DNA of 64,000 nucleotides from Geosiphon pyriformis uo1. Taxonomy: Eukaryota; Fungi; Glomeromycota. This document shows, one piece after another, positions 61,901 through 64,000 of this stretch (positions are counted from its first letter, which is position 1; every line of letters begins with the position of its first letter). The stretch lies in contig JAAOMT010000664.1 in assembly GCA_016748015.1 (NCBI GenBank), positions 745,820 through 809,819 of the forward strand, given 5' to 3'. Both the position numbers and the translations under genes were made by a program. The notes under the pieces are model-generated. The model ran no database searches and was not told the origin of the DNA. It worked only from the letters and a program-made list of their open reading frames with translations.

Positions 61901-62667
61901 AAAAGAAGGAGATAATGTTACTCATAAAAAAGAAAACAAATATAGAAAATAGTAGACCAATAGGAGAGTAGTAGTTAGCACATAAGCACATTGCTTAGCA
62001 ATATAGAGCAATGTCAGAAATTACAGCATATTGGTTAGCAATATGGAACAATGTTAGAAAATTAGGACACATTGCTCAAAAAATCATAATACATTGCTCA
62101 GGAATGTGAGCAATCTTATAAAACATAAATTATGTATATATAGCAATAGCATTAAAAGAAAAAAAAACAGACCTCTTAATTTAGATTTAATCTAAACAAT
62201 CTTTCACATCAAAAATATCAATAAATAATTATTCAATATTTCCAATTTACTCTTTACTATCAACACTTCATGTTAATAATAATTGATACTTAACCACACT
62301 AGAACAATAGTTTTTAATCACGACTATTGACAAGATACTAACTTGCAATTACCTTGGCTTAATTTTATTATTTTTTCTTTATTTCTTTTATTTTCTTTTA
62401 TTTATTTTATTGTGTTTACTAATTGATTAATCGCTAAATTATTGACATTAAGGATAGCCTGGTAAAAGACCCCAAAAGAAGGGTATAAAAATTGAGAATT
62501 TAAGGATAGCTTACTAACAGGGCATCTCTGCCAAGATTACCAGTCACCACACTGAGAAAAAAATTCGATGGAATTGCAATTCCAAGAGACTACTAAGAAG
62601 ACAACTATTGAATTTCTGTCCATTATACAAAGAACTCTAATTCAAAACTTTTAGATACAATCAATGT
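52929..62667 (+). mobile_element. Gypsy element C, full length and heavily mutated: 5' LTR 52929-53696, PBS, gag-pol with dUTPase, separate IN (ATG 59833), ORF3 about 61268-61900, PPT, 3' LTR from 61916 (interrupted at 62667)
   Basis: Paired LTRs starting TGTTA(T/C)TCATAAAAAAGAAAAC; PBS at 53699; WLNDIEKTIMANGWND; dUTPase 57550-57970; RT YLDN; NVNSLSRIRHI* ending 59802; IN GLVERFNRTL; PPT AAAAGAAGGAGATAA. Confidence 0.92.
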
Positions 62668-64000
62668 TGTTACTCATAAAATATAGAAAGCATATATTAG
62701 CATATAAATTAGCCAATTAGAAGTAGACATAGTAAAATGTGGAATTCTAAGATTCCTTTTAAAAAAATTACTGGATTCCAAAAATTACTGGATTCTCATA
62801 GGAGGAATCGCAAGATTCCAGAATTCCAGAATTCTTCTCAAAAGAATTGTGGAATTCCAAGAATTCTGGAATTCCTGGTATGAAGAATTGAGGAATTGAG
62901 AAATCTCAATTAGTATATATAGTGGTAGTGTTAGAAGCAGAAAAAACAGATCTCTCTATTTAGATTTAATCTAAGCAATCTTCTTCATTATAAATATCAA
63001 TAAATAACTATTTGTTATCTCAATCCATTCTTTGCTATCAACACTTCATGTTAATAGTAATCTATACTTGACTATACTAAAACAATAGCTCTTGATCACA
63101 GTTATTAACAGAATACTAACTTGCAAATTGTCTTGGCTTATTTCTTTATTTTTTTTATTTTTTTTTATTTATTTTCTTTGCTTTAATTTTATTGTTGTGT
63201 ACTAATTGATTAAAAATAAAGTACTGAATTACTGATGTCAAGGATTGCCTGATAAAAGACTTCTGAAAGTGAATAGAACACATAAAAGAAATTATAGATT
63301 ACTTACCAAAGAATTGCCAGCCATCAAACTGAAGAAAAAAATTGACAGAATTGTGATTCTGAGAAGCTATGAATAACAACACTATTGAATCTTTGTTCAT
63401 TATACAAAGAACTCAACCAAAACCTTCAGATTACAAAACCTTCAAATTATTATCAACATGAATAGTTTTTGAACATCAAGTTACAGGTTTGTTATTTGAT
63501 TTAAGACCCCAAATAATTACTTGTAATATTTGGTGCTCCCTGTGAGATATAATCTTACAAAGAACCAGCACCAACACAATTATCCAAAAGTGGCAGAACC
63601 AGAAAACATAGGAGCAAACCATTTAGAATTCGCCAAATTTTTGTTTTAACAGTACAGCCAACAATTAGAATTAAACAATAACCATTTTCCAGCAAAATCA
63701 GCCTTCAACTTTTATGTTAATGATAAAATCACAGACTGCTTAAGAGGAACAGTTAACATCAAATCAACAAGAAAAAACTTTTATACAGAATTATTTTAAC
63801 ATACCAGCTTACCAAGAAACCACAGTTTTGCATCAATTATAAAAGAAATCAATCAAACTATTGAAAGATACATTTAACAATAATTTTCTATTACTTACAC
63901 AGACAAAGACAAAAAAAGATTACAAACACCAGCAGTAATGCCTAAAGGAATACAACTACCAACTTGAAAAAAACAAAGAATTGAATCTCCACCATATTTA
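62668..64000 (+). mobile_element. Gypsy element E: 5' LTR 62668-63528 nested in the 3' LTR of C, PBS, Gag N-extension running off the window
   Basis: TGTTACTCATAAAATATAG start; GAATTC-rich U3; PBS TGGTGCTCCCTGTGAG at 63531; AAAGTGGCA at 63587. Confidence 0.88.

Noticed and set aside
62737-62900. GAATTC-rich periodic repeats (also 27397-27510, 45715-45880, 30812-30906) as a CRISPR array
   Set aside because: Short degenerate units with no unique spacers, located inside LTR U3 regions, in a eukaryotic context with no cas genes.

Overview
Eukaryotic fungal genomic DNA with short GT-AG introns and two N gaps. Gene content and repeat families suggest Mucoromycota/Glomeromycotina, resembling Geosiphon-type repeats; this is from memory and unverified. 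The region 0.3-12.7 kb is a gene island: an intronless DEAH-box RNA helicase with dsRBD-like domains, a 10-exon Zn2Cys6 transcription factor with a 10-nt micro-exon, an SLC25A44-like mitochondrial carrier and an orphan ORF. A 5-exon GT15 (KTR/KRE2-type) mannosyltransferase at 19.7-21.2 kb sits between extremely AT-rich decayed repeats. From about 24.5 kb to the end lies a nest of decayed retroelements: RNase H-bearing LINEs and at least 7 Ty3/Gypsy-type LTR element copies or fragments. The most interesting signal is an unusual architecture shared by several diverged Gypsy lineages: (1) a probably GUG-initiated Gag N-terminal extension inside an ATG-free stretch; (2) Gag-PR-[Cys-rich Zn cluster]-dUTPase-RT-RNaseH ending in a conserved stop; (3) integrase as a separate ORF ending in a conserved LEPIVVIE motif; (4) a conserved ~220-aa non-membrane ORF3 in the env position; (5) family-specific tandem arrays in U3. 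ORF1-only LINE derivatives share the autonomous LINE 3' tail. A Nextera adapter at 39354-39372 marks a local misassembly.
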